Position numbers and translations under genes: made by a program. Below are positions 8,582-16,645 of a stretch of 46,982 nucleotides of DNA, one piece after another; positions within the stretch are counted from its first letter, which is position 1; each line of letters starts with the position of its first letter. Location: contig CAJQLI010000023.1 in assembly GCA_905479125.1 (NCBI GenBank), positions 1 to 46,982 on the forward strand, in the 5' to 3' direction. The notes under the pieces were generated by a model. It searched no databases. It had not been told where the DNA came from and was given only the letters and a program-made list of their open reading frames with translations. Source of the stretch: an uncultured Alphaproteobacteria bacterium. GTDB taxonomy: Bacteria; Pseudomonadota; Alphaproteobacteria; MPNO01; UBA830.

Positions 8582-10339
8582 CTATTCGGCTGCCACCATG
8601 GTGCCGCGCAGCGCCACGGTCGCATTTGCATCGACGCTTTTGCCGTCTGCCGCAGCCACAACGCCATAGACATCGCGCATGGTCGCCTCGGAAATAATCT
8701 CATCGCGCCAGTCACGCAGAACGTTTGCCGGATCGCGGTCCAGCGCCGGGCCGTATCCGCCGCCGCCGGGTGACTGGGTCACGAAGCGGACATTCTCGGT
8801 CCGCCGCAAACCGTATTTCGGCGCATCCTCGGTTTCCCCGTTGCCGTGAACCAGATGCATATTGCCGGGCGCACCGGCCCCGCCGCCATTGATCCCATAT
8901 CCTGTCTCGTAGTTCAGGCCTTCGCCGCGGAACGAATGGGTCGCAGGTGTCAGGATGTCGACTTCGTAATCGCAGCCGCTGCCGCCCCGGTACTTGCCGG
9001 CGCCCGCCGCATCGATGCGGAATTCCTGGCGATGGAACATCACCGGATAGAGCTGTTCATAGACTTCGACATTCGGCATCGTCAGCCCGCCGAGCGTGCA
9101 GACATGGCCGATCTGGTTGAACCCGTCGCGGCCTTCCACTGCGCCGGAACCGGCGGCCGCCGCCCCGTGATAAAACACATAGGGCTCGCCACCGTCTTCG
9201 CTACCGACCGAAATGCCGAAGACATTCTTCGCCCAGCCCGCGCAGCCGCGATCCGGGTCAGCCTGGGCCAACGCCTTCCAGACGGCATGGATGATTTCAT
9301 GCGCAAAGAACACCGTGCACATCGTCGTTGGCGCGCCTTCGCGGGCGTTGATAATCGTCCCTTCGGGCGCGATCACGTCGACACAACGGAACGCGCCTTC
9401 ATTATGCGGCAGGTGCGGATCGAGGAACGACGCAAGCGCCGTGAAGATCGCCGAATAGGTATTGCCAAGCGATGAATTCTTGAAGCCGCGTATCTGCGGG
9501 TCGGTGCCGGTGAAATCGACATTCATCTTGTCGCCGTCGATGGTCAGTTTCACGCGGACGGTCACATCACGGATCTCGAAGCAATCATTATCGGACCGGT
9601 CTTCAGCCTCATACACGCCGTCGGGCAATTTCGCGATCTCTGCACGTACCGACCGGTCTGCATGATCGAGCACACCGGTGAAATAGCCCATCGCCTCGTC
9701 AACGCCGAGTTCTTCGACCAGGGCCGCGACCCGTTCCATGCCGATACGTGTGGAACCAAGCATGGCACGCAGATCGCCGTCCTGCAGGTGCGGGGTGCGC
9801 GTGTTCAGCATCAGCATCTTCCACAGATCCTTGCGGACCTTGCCGGCCTCAACCAGTTTGAGCACCGGCAGGCGCACGCCTTCGGACCAGGCGTCGGTCG
9901 CGACAGGGTTATACGCACCGGCAGCGCCGCCGCCGATATCGGACTGATGCGCCCTGTTACAGGTGAGGCCGACCATTTTGCCGCCAACAAATACCGGGCG
10001 CGCGATCACCCAGTCGGGCAGATGGTTGCCACCCGCTTCCCACGGGTCGTTCAACAGGTAAACATCGCCTTCGGCCAGTTCGTCACCGAAATCACGCAGG
10101 ATGGCGCGGACGCCGAACCCGCCGCTGCCGGTATGGATCGGAATCCCGTCGGCCTGGCTGACGACTTCGCCTGTCGGCCCCGCAATGAAACAGGAAAAAT
10201 CATGCGCCTGGCTGAAGATCGGGCTACGCGCAGTGCGTACCATCACCCAGCCCATCTGGTGGGAGATGTGATCGAGGCGGTTCTGGGTCAGTGCCAGGAT
10301 AACCGGGTCGAGGGTTTTGGTTTCTGAACTCTGTGTCAT
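8582..10339 (-). CDS. hyuB: Hydantoinase B / oxoprolinase family protein
   Basis: 585 aa with typical HyuB features (DPVILALTQNRL...IFSQAHDFSC...GGGGYG near the C-terminus). It starts 4 nt after the hyuA stop. Confidence 0.9.
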   Translation of the reverse strand: MTQSSETKTLDPVILALTQNRLDHISHQMGWVMVRTARSPIFSQAHDFSCFIAGPTGEVVSQADGIPIHTGSGGFGVRAILRDFGDELAEGDVYLLNDPWEAGGNHLPDWVIARPVFVGGKMVGLTCNRAHQSDIGGGAAGAYNPVATDAWSEGVRLPVLKLVEAGKVRKDLWKMLMLNTRTPHLQDGDLRAMLGSTRIGMERVAALVEELGVDEAMGYFTGVLDHADRSVRAEIAKLPDGVYEAEDRSDNDCFEIRDVTVRVKLTIDGDKMNVDFTGTDPQIRGFKNSSLGNTYSAIFTALASFLDPHLPHNEGAFRCVDVIAPEGTIINAREGAPTTMCTVFFAHEIIHAVWKALAQADPDRGCAGWAKNVFGISVGSEDGGEPYVFYHGAAAAGSGAVEGRDGFNQIGHVCTLGGLTMPNVEVYEQLYPVMFHRQEFRIDAAGAGKYRGGSGCDYEVDILTPATHSFRGEGLNYETGYGINGGGAGAPGNMHLVHGNGETEDAPKYGLRRTENVRFVTQSPGGGGYGPALDRDPANVLRDWRDEIISEATMRDVYGVVAAADGKSVDANATVALRGTMVAAE

Positions 10340-10343
10340 CGGA

Positions 10344-12419
10344 TCAGTCCTCCGTCTCGAAGTTGATGGTGTAATTATTCAACGCGTCGATCGACACCAG
10401 GTCACCTGGCCCGACCAGAATGGTCGTCGTCGCCTCTTCGATGATCGCCGGACCGGCAAAGGTCTGACCATGATGCAGGTCCGCCCCGCGATAGACGGGG
10501 GTGTCCAGGAACTCGCGCACCGATTCCGCGTAGACCGGACGGGTCTCGATCGGCTCGACCGGCTTGTCCACAGGATCGTATGTCGGGTCCTGCAACGGCG
10601 GCAGCTTGCCGATACCGACAACCCGCAGCTTGGCGACGTTGATCCGGCTTTCCGGATTCGTGTGGCCGAACTGGCGGTCGTATTCGCGTTCGAACGCGGC
10701 CCGGATTTCATCGGGTGTCGCATCAGGGGCGAGCGAAACACGTACGTCCCATTGCTGGCCTTCGTAATGCAGATCAAGCTCGTAGCCGAAGGTGGTATCT
10801 TCTTTCGAAAAACCTTCATCGCCGAGCGCGTCGAGCGCCTGTGCTTCAAGCTGGGCATAGCCTTCGGCAATGGCGGAGGCCGCATCGTCCCCCAGTTCAC
10901 GCATCACCACATGGACAAAATCGCGCCGCACATCGGCATGCTGCATCCCGATAGCACAGAACGCACCGGCCTGACGGGGGATATAAACCGCCCGTGCGCC
11001 GAGCTTGCGCCCGACACTGGCACCATGCATCGGCCCGGCACCGCCACACGCGATCAGCATGAACCGGCCCGGATTGTAGCCGCGCTGGATACTGATGCGC
11101 TCGACCGCATGCAGCAGGTTCTGCTCGACGATGCGGATCAGACCCGCCGCCGCTTCCGTGCGTGAAATGCCGAGATCATTGGCGATTTCCGTATCGATAG
11201 CTTTCTCGGCCGCCGCCAGGTCGAGCGAAACCGACCCGCCCGCGTATGGCCCGGGCCGCATGCGCCCGAGCACCAGATGCGCGTCGGTCACCGTCGGGCG
11301 CGTGCCGCCATGACCATAGGCCGCAGGACCGGGACGCGCACCGGCGCCTTCGGGCCCGGCATACATCAGGCCCGCCGCATCGATACCGGCAATCGTGCCG
11401 CCGCCGGCGCCGACGGTATGAATATCAACCGACGGGGTGACCAGATCGTAATCGTTCACTGAAAGCGCGTCCGTAATCGCGACACGGCCTTCATGCATCA
11501 GCATCACGTCGCAGCTGGTACCGCCGATTTCCATGCTGACAAGATTGTCTTCACCGATCCCGGCGGCAAGGTGCTGCATCGCGCCGACACCGGCAGACGG
11601 GCCTGACAAAAGCAGGTTCACCGGCTGGCGGATAAGCTGGTCTAGAGACGCGGCGCCGCCATTCGACTGCAACATCAAAAGCTTGGTTTTCAGCCCCATG
11701 TCGATCAGCTTCTGCTGCAGTGCCGTCAGGTAGGACGCAACACGCGGCATGACATAAGCGTTCACCGCGGTGGTCGACGTGCGTTCGTATTCGCCCATCA
11801 CCGGCACGATGTCGGACGATACCGAAATCCATTCGCAGATATTTTCTTCGCGCAGGATCTCGGCAACCGCGTCTTCATGGGCGGAATTGACGAAACTGTT
11901 AAGCAGGCTGACGGCGATGGATTCCACACCGTTATCGGCGAAAACCTTGCAGGCCGCGCGGACGTCATCAGGGTTGAGGGCCTCGACCTCCGAGCCGTCA
12001 GCGGCAATCCGTCCCGCAACCGGCTGGCGCAGGTAGCGTGGCACCAGCACCGGCGGATAGGGCGTGCGGTGATCCCACGGGTCCTTGCGCAGGCCACGGC
12101 GCGCTTCGAGGCTGTCGCGGAAACCCTTCGTGGTCAGCAGGCCGACCCTGGCACCCTTGCCTTCCAGCAGCGTGTTGGTCGCAACGGTGGAACCGTGGAG
12201 GAAAAACTGGCAGTCACCAAGAAACTGATCCATCGGCTGATCGATCGCGGCGGCAGCCGTAATCAGCGCGTTAATCACACCTTCACCCGGATCAGACGGC
12301 ACCGACGGCACCTTGAAGACTTCTGTGCGGCCGTCGCTATCGGCGATCACAAGATCGGTAAACGTACCGCCGACATCAACGCCGACGCGCCAGGGTGGTG
12401 ACTGAATTGTTAGGGTCAT
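10344..12419 (-). CDS. hyuA: Hydantoinase A / oxoprolinase family protein
   Basis: 691 aa. The N-terminus VGVDVGGTFTDLV is an ASKHA-type ATPase motif. It also has the SMEIGGTS and ACGGAGPMHG motifs of HyuA. Confidence 0.9.
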   Translation of the reverse strand: MTLTIQSPPWRVGVDVGGTFTDLVIADSDGRTEVFKVPSVPSDPGEGVINALITAAAAIDQPMDQFLGDCQFFLHGSTVATNTLLEGKGARVGLLTTKGFRDSLEARRGLRKDPWDHRTPYPPVLVPRYLRQPVAGRIAADGSEVEALNPDDVRAACKVFADNGVESIAVSLLNSFVNSAHEDAVAEILREENICEWISVSSDIVPVMGEYERTSTTAVNAYVMPRVASYLTALQQKLIDMGLKTKLLMLQSNGGAASLDQLIRQPVNLLLSGPSAGVGAMQHLAAGIGEDNLVSMEIGGTSCDVMLMHEGRVAITDALSVNDYDLVTPSVDIHTVGAGGGTIAGIDAAGLMYAGPEGAGARPGPAAYGHGGTRPTVTDAHLVLGRMRPGPYAGGSVSLDLAAAEKAIDTEIANDLGISRTEAAAGLIRIVEQNLLHAVERISIQRGYNPGRFMLIACGGAGPMHGASVGRKLGARAVYIPRQAGAFCAIGMQHADVRRDFVHVVMRELGDDAASAIAEGYAQLEAQALDALGDEGFSKEDTTFGYELDLHYEGQQWDVRVSLAPDATPDEIRAAFEREYDRQFGHTNPESRINVAKLRVVGIGKLPPLQDPTYDPVDKPVEPIETRPVYAESVREFLDTPVYRGADLHHGQTFAGPAIIEEATTTILVGPGDLVSIDALNNYTINFETED

Positions 12420-12448
12420 GTGCGTGACGGTCCCGTCCGTTTTTCCAA

Positions 12449-12464
12449 TTACGTAGTATACTCC
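12449..12464. promoter_or_regulatory. Operator candidate TTACGTAGTATACTCC upstream of hyuA
   Basis: Contains ACGTAGTATACT (12451-12462), identical to the reverse complement of 8547-8558. It lies 32-45 nt upstream of the hyuA ATG (12419). Confidence 0.6.
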
Positions 12465-12480
12465 CTTTATTTCGGGAGAG

Positions 12481-12497
12481 GGTCAATGGGTCAAATG
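12481..12497. promoter_or_regulatory. Tandem GGTCAA(A)TGG half-sites upstream of hyuA
   Basis: GGTCAATGG + GTCAAATG, related to the perfect tandem GGGTCAAATGG x2 at 40547-40568. Both lie upstream of minus-strand genes. Confidence 0.35.
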
Positions 12498-13071
12498 TGA
12501 CCGGGTTGCACTATACGTATTTTTCACCCGGTATATCCCCGCCTGTCATCCCGCCCACTGATCAGGTCCGGCGCGGGTCTGTGGCGGGAGTCCATTTTAA
12601 ACAACGCGACTTTGTCCACCGTGGACCCTCGGGACAAGCCCGAGAGGGTAACGATGGGGCGCGTCTTCCGGGCCCGGCGCAGGGCCGCGCGGAAAGTTTC
12701 GCAAGGGCTTCTGCCCGGAAAACGCCCTGCAGCGAAAAACGCGTAAAACAACCCCATGCACCCGAAGGGACGGGACGGGCCTGACCGCTAATCCCCCGAT
12801 CGCGCGGCCCCTGGCTGTACCGGGCGGGGCCAAGCCTGTAGGACAAACACCTCCCTCGCCTGTGAAGCGATCTTGTGCTTTTTCAATGATCCGTCAGGGT
12901 ATCACGCAAAAGAACAAAACAAAAACACCGGGCGCTGTTTTTCCCTTCTTCCCTCGCGTCGCGGCTGACGGCGGGCTTTTCTCAGAAACGCATTCCATTC
13001 CTGTCGCCACGGCCCCCGGATCGCGTCCGGGGCAGGCCTGCGCATCAGGACAGCGGCAGCCTGCACCGATT

Positions 13072-13142
13072 GTCATCCTCGGCCTTGAGCCGAGGATCCA
13101 TGTCGTCCGCCAGGTGGGTCCTCGGGTCAGGCCCGAGGACGG
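13072..13142. repeat. Composite hairpin element (copy 2)
   Basis: GTCATCCTCGGCCTTGAGCCGAGGATCC (9-bp stem), a 16-nt spacer, then GGGTCCTCGGGTCAGGCCCGAGGACGG (9-bp stem, inverted orientation). Confidence 0.8.
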
Positions 13143-13166
13143 CAGAAGTGATGAATAAATAAAACC

Positions 13167-13240
13167 GTCATTCCCGCGCAGGCGGGAATCTTCCGGCCGC
13201 ATCTCCGAACCAAAGAGATCCTCGCTTTCTCGGGGATGAC
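13167..13240. repeat. Composite hairpin element (copy 3)
   Basis: GTCATTCCCGCGCAGGCGGGAATC (8-bp stem), a 26-nt spacer, then GATCCTCGCTTTCTCGGGGATGAC (inverted unit). Confidence 0.8.
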
Positions 13241-13467
13241 AATGGGCGTTGGACGCGCGCGGATGACAGACGACAGCCCCCGAACCGGCACGTTAACCGT
13301 CGGGATATTTTACAACCCTGCGAACCCGCCGCGAACCATGCCTCCGCAACCCTTGGAATCCCTCGCATCCTGAATTTGGCTCGAATCGTGCATGACTTTC
13401 AGAACAAGGGTTCCCGCTGTAAAAATGCCGGGGCCGGGGTTTGGCAAAAAACAACACAGGCAGGCAC

Positions 13468-15030
13468 ATGACCACATCATTTACGCGTTTCGCGGTGATT
13501 GCCGTCGCGGCGGCAGGGATCTTCGCGGCGCAGGGCGCAGCAGCGGGCTTGCTGCGCACCACGAACGGATTGGGCAGCGACTGGGGAAACAGTCTCAACT
13601 GGTCCGGGTTTAATCAACCTGACACGCAAATGGAGGACGCAGATCTCCGCGACAGCATGACCCTGACAACCAATGCAAGTATCGGTGGGATCCGATCCAG
13701 ATTCTCCAGCAGTCTTTTTATCCGGAATTCAAGCGTCCTGACTCTGAATGGTATCACTCCCGGCGGGACGACACCTTTCACATCCAGCGTGCTGGAAGGC
13801 CGAACGTTCGTTCGGGACAACGCGTTTCTGATCAACACCGGATTCAGCGACCTTACGATCCTCGATCTGGTTGCAACGGGTAACGGGAGGGTCCGCAACC
13901 TCGCAGGCGCGGGCGGGCGGATGACGCTTGGCAATCCGTTCAGGCGGCACCGCGTTGAGGGAAACGCCCAGCTGGAAAATACCGGCATACTGACGATTGC
14001 CGCCGCTGCGGTGGATTTCAGCGGTACGACAAACCTGGTGAACGAGGGCACCGGCATTCTCGATCAGGGTATGGGGGAAATCCTCATGTATGAATCAGCA
14101 GAAGCGCTCAACAGGTCGCAACACCTGAAAACCGGCGGCAACCTGTTGATTTTGCAGAATGCGAAATACGAAAATCGCAACATATTTACCCAATCGGCAG
14201 GGACGACCGAAATCGGTCGCGCCGGCAGCGGTGGATTATTCAACGGGGGCCTGTTCGAGAATAACGGATCTCTGACCCATGATGGCGGCACCACGACAAT
14301 CGACGTCGGCGGCGTACTCCTCAACAATTCGCAGATCAACCAGAACGACGGCGCGATCTCCGTTCTCAGCGGTGGGCAGCTTTCAAATGACAACCTGATT
14401 GTGATCAACGGCGGCACGGTTGACGTGAGTGCCGGCGGCGCGATCAACGGCATCGGGATCGCCACGCAGAACGGCGGCACGCTGCGCGTCAACGGCGAGA
14501 TGATCCAGACCGGGTTCAATGGCTTCGTGCCCAATGGGCTGACGATCAATGGCGGCACCCTTGAAGGGACGGGCGCCGTGCGCGCCAACGTCGCCAATAT
14601 CGGCGGCACGGTCGGTCCTGGCAATTCGCCCGGCACGCTGACGGTCGACGGCAATTACGCCCAGGGGCCAGGCGGCACGCTGGCGATGGAAATCGCCTCG
14701 CTGCTGGCCTTCGACGTGCTCGACATTTCCGGCAGCGCGACACTCGACGGTATTCTCGACCTCACGGTCGGTGCCGGCTACGCCGCCTCGGCGATGGACG
14801 GCGATACGTTTACGATCGTCGAATGGGACAGCTTTTCCGGTGCGTTCGCCACCGTCAGCGGGCTCAACTTCGCGGCCGACAAATTCTTCACGCTCGATTA
14901 CACCGCGACCGGTCTGACCCTGACGGTTAACGCGGGCCAGGTGGCCGAAGTGGCGGAACCCGGCATGATCGCGCTATTCGGGCTGGGCGTGGCGGGGATC
15001 GGGTTTATGCGGCGGAAACGCCGGGGTTAA
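13468..15030 (+). CDS. PEP-CTERM sorting-domain protein with autotransporter-passenger-like beta-helix repeats
   Basis: Signal peptide MTTSFTRFAVIAVAAAGIFAAQGAAAG and a Gly/Asn/Thr-rich repetitive body. It contains GPGNSPGTLTVDGNYAQGPGGTLAMEI...LDISGSATLDGILDLTV. The C-terminus VAEPGMIALFGLGVAGIGFMRRKRRG is a PEP-CTERM-type motif, a TM helix and a basic tail. Start moved to the ATG at 13468. Confidence 0.8.
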   Translation: MTTSFTRFAVIAVAAAGIFAAQGAAAGLLRTTNGLGSDWGNSLNWSGFNQPDTQMEDADLRDSMTLTTNASIGGIRSRFSSSLFIRNSSVLTLNGITPGGTTPFTSSVLEGRTFVRDNAFLINTGFSDLTILDLVATGNGRVRNLAGAGGRMTLGNPFRRHRVEGNAQLENTGILTIAAAAVDFSGTTNLVNEGTGILDQGMGEILMYESAEALNRSQHLKTGGNLLILQNAKYENRNIFTQSAGTTEIGRAGSGGLFNGGLFENNGSLTHDGGTTTIDVGGVLLNNSQINQNDGAISVLSGGQLSNDNLIVINGGTVDVSAGGAINGIGIATQNGGTLRVNGEMIQTGFNGFVPNGLTINGGTLEGTGAVRANVANIGGTVGPGNSPGTLTVDGNYAQGPGGTLAMEIASLLAFDVLDISGSATLDGILDLTVGAGYAASAMDGDTFTIVEWDSFSGAFATVSGLNFAADKFFTLDYTATGLTLTVNAGQVAEVAEPGMIALFGLGVAGIGFMRRKRRG

Positions 15031-15044
15031 GACCTCTCACTGTT

Positions 15045-15120
15045 GTCATCCTCGCCCTGTGTCAGGATCCAGAGAACGGCGCGACCCAAAGACTGGGCCC
15101 CGGAATAAATCCAGGGTGAC
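15045..15120. repeat. Composite hairpin element (copy 4)
   Basis: GTCATCCTCGCCCTGTGTCAGGATCC, a 24-nt spacer, then GGGCCCCGGAATAAATCCAGGGTGAC. It lies between the convergent PEP-CTERM gene and pobA. Confidence 0.8.
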
Positions 15121-15163
15121 AAGGTTATGGTTGGACAAATAGTCGGCATTCCCGCCCAACTCC

Positions 15164-16348
15164 TCAATCGTCGAACGGCAGACCGACGTAATTCTCCGCC
15201 ATCGCGCGCGCACCGGCTTCCGTGCTGGTCACGAAATCGAGCTCCGCCAGCTGGGTGCGACGATCAAACGGGCTGGCTTCGGGGAAGCGGTGCATCAGGC
15301 TGGTCAACCACCACGAGAACCGCTGCGCCTTCCAGACCCGGCGCAGGCAGGTTTCGGAATAGCGTTCCAGCCGCCCGCCATCGCCTTTCTTGTAATGATC
15401 GATCAGCGCGCGCCACAGGTAGCGCACATCCCCGACGGCGAGGTTGAGGCCCTTCGCGCCGGTCGGCGGCACGATGTGCGCAGCATCGCCGACCAGGAAC
15501 ATGTTGCCGAACCGCATCGGTTCGGCAACGAAGCTGCGCATTGGCGTAATGCCTTTTTCCAGGAGCGGTGCGGGGGTCAGGTTTTTTGCGCCCTCGTCAT
15601 CCAGCCGATAGGCCAGTTCGTCCCAGATACGGTTATCCGACCATTCATTAATATCTTCATCCGGGGCGCATTGAAGATAGAACCGGCTCAATGTCATGGA
15701 CCGCATGCTGTACAACGCGAACCCGTGATCGGTATTGGAATAGACAAGTTCGTCCGATACCGGCGGCGTTTCGACAAGAATTCCGAGCCACGCAAACGGA
15801 TAGACGCGTTCAAACAGGTTAATCCGGTCATCGGGAATACTGCTCCGGGAGATACCGTGAAATCCGTCGCACCCGGCGATAAAATCGCACTGGATTTCAT
15901 GCGCCTCGCCGTCCTTGCTGTAGCGGATAGACGGATGATCTGTATCGAAATCGTTTACCGTGACGTCTTCAGCCTCATAGACAATCTGCGCGCCGGCGGC
16001 ATGGAGCGCATTGTTCAGGTCCTTCGTCACCTCTGTCTGGCCATAGACCATGACGGTCTTACCGCCGGTCAGTTTCACAAAATCGATGGCATGACGTTCA
16101 CCGTTAAAACACAGTTCGACCCCGCTATGGAGCAGGCCTTCTTCATGCATCCGCTCGCCCACCTTGGCCTCATCCAGCAGGTCCATGGTGCCCTGTTCGA
16201 GCACACCGGCGCGAATGCGGCCTTCAACATAGTCGCGGCTCTGGCGTTCAACGATGATCGAATCAATGCCCTGCAGCGCCAGCAGGCGCGACAACAGCAG
16301 CCCGGACGGTCCGGCGCCGACGATACCAATCTGTGTTTTGTGAATCAT
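15164..16348 (-). CDS. pobA: 4-hydroxybenzoate 3-monooxygenase
   Basis: 394 aa, collinear with Pseudomonas PobA as I recall it: IGIVGAGPSGLLL, RIRAGVLEQGTMDLL, DFIAGCDGFHGISR, LVGDAAHIVPPTGAKGLNLA, ENYVGLPF. Confidence 0.95.
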   Translation of the reverse strand: MIHKTQIGIVGAGPSGLLLSRLLALQGIDSIIVERQSRDYVEGRIRAGVLEQGTMDLLDEAKVGERMHEEGLLHSGVELCFNGERHAIDFVKLTGGKTVMVYGQTEVTKDLNNALHAAGAQIVYEAEDVTVNDFDTDHPSIRYSKDGEAHEIQCDFIAGCDGFHGISRSSIPDDRINLFERVYPFAWLGILVETPPVSDELVYSNTDHGFALYSMRSMTLSRFYLQCAPDEDINEWSDNRIWDELAYRLDDEGAKNLTPAPLLEKGITPMRSFVAEPMRFGNMFLVGDAAHIVPPTGAKGLNLAVGDVRYLWRALIDHYKKGDGGRLERYSETCLRRVWKAQRFSWWLTSLMHRFPEASPFDRRTQLAELDFVTSTEAGARAMAENYVGLPFDD

Positions 16349-16500
16349 GATGTGTGTCCCGTTTCGTGGTCATGACAGTGTGGGATGATTTGCAGGCCGG
16401 AGCAATTGTCAGGAACGCAGTTGCGGCAAGATGCCCTGCTGGCTCTGTCGCTTGTTGTCCAGCCAAAACCTGGGATTTCAATACAAACAACCCCGACGGT

Positions 16501-16576
16501 GTCACCCCGGACCTGTTCCGGGGCCCCGTCTTTGGCGGCGAAAGATTTCTGGGTCCCGGCACGAGGCCGGGATGAC
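16501..16576. repeat. Composite hairpin element (copy 5, best-preserved)
   Basis: GTCACCCCGGACCTGTTCCGGGGCCC (perfect 7-bp stem), a 24-nt spacer, then GGGTCCCGGCACGAGGCCGGGATGAC (perfect 6-bp stem, inverted). Confidence 0.85.
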
Positions 16577-16645
16577 AATTGTGGGATTTTCGACACCGGA
16601 CTTGCAACACCAGAGTCACGAATGACATCTGAGCTGAGCAGAACC

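Larger units (their letters stand above)
12545..13268. repeat. Array of GC-rich hairpin (REP/RIME-like) units in a 1-kb ORF-free gap
   Basis: Recognisable units are:
- 12545-12593: GTCATCCCGCC...GGCGGGAGTCC.
- 12623-12652: inverted unit.
- 13003-13036: CCCCGGA-TCGCG-TCCGGGG.
- 13072-13142: composite element.
- 13167-13240: composite element containing GTCATTCCCGCGCAGGCGGGAATC.
- 13254-13268: partial unit.
Only spurious ORFs overlap the array. Confidence 0.85.

Noticed and set aside
12545-12593. Cobalamin-riboswitch-like string. The minus strand reads CCCGCCACAG, reminiscent of the CCCGCCACTG core.
   Set aside because: There is no B12 box and none of the other conserved riboswitch helices that I could trace. 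The segment fits the GTCATCC hairpin family, and the downstream hyu genes have no B12 link.
12545-13268. Possible CRISPR array, because the region contains many short repeats.
   Set aside because: The repeats are individually palindromic, occur in both orientations, differ in sequence and have irregular spacing. There are no direct repeats of constant length and no cas genes.
13425-13467. Possible sigma-54 promoter (TTGGCA...) in front of the PEP-CTERM gene.
   Set aside because: The sequence TTGGCAAAAAACAACA lacks the GC of the -12 element (TGGCAC-N5-TTGCW), so it is not supportable.
12497-13598. Several 66-102-aa ORFs on both strands inside the 1-kb gap (for example 12497-12784, 12862-13158, 12894-13202 and 13293-13598).
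   Set aside because: They are translations of the hairpin repeats, giving strings such as VILGLEPRIH and RPEDSRLRGNDG. They overlap each other in multiple frames and have no RBS or domain signal.
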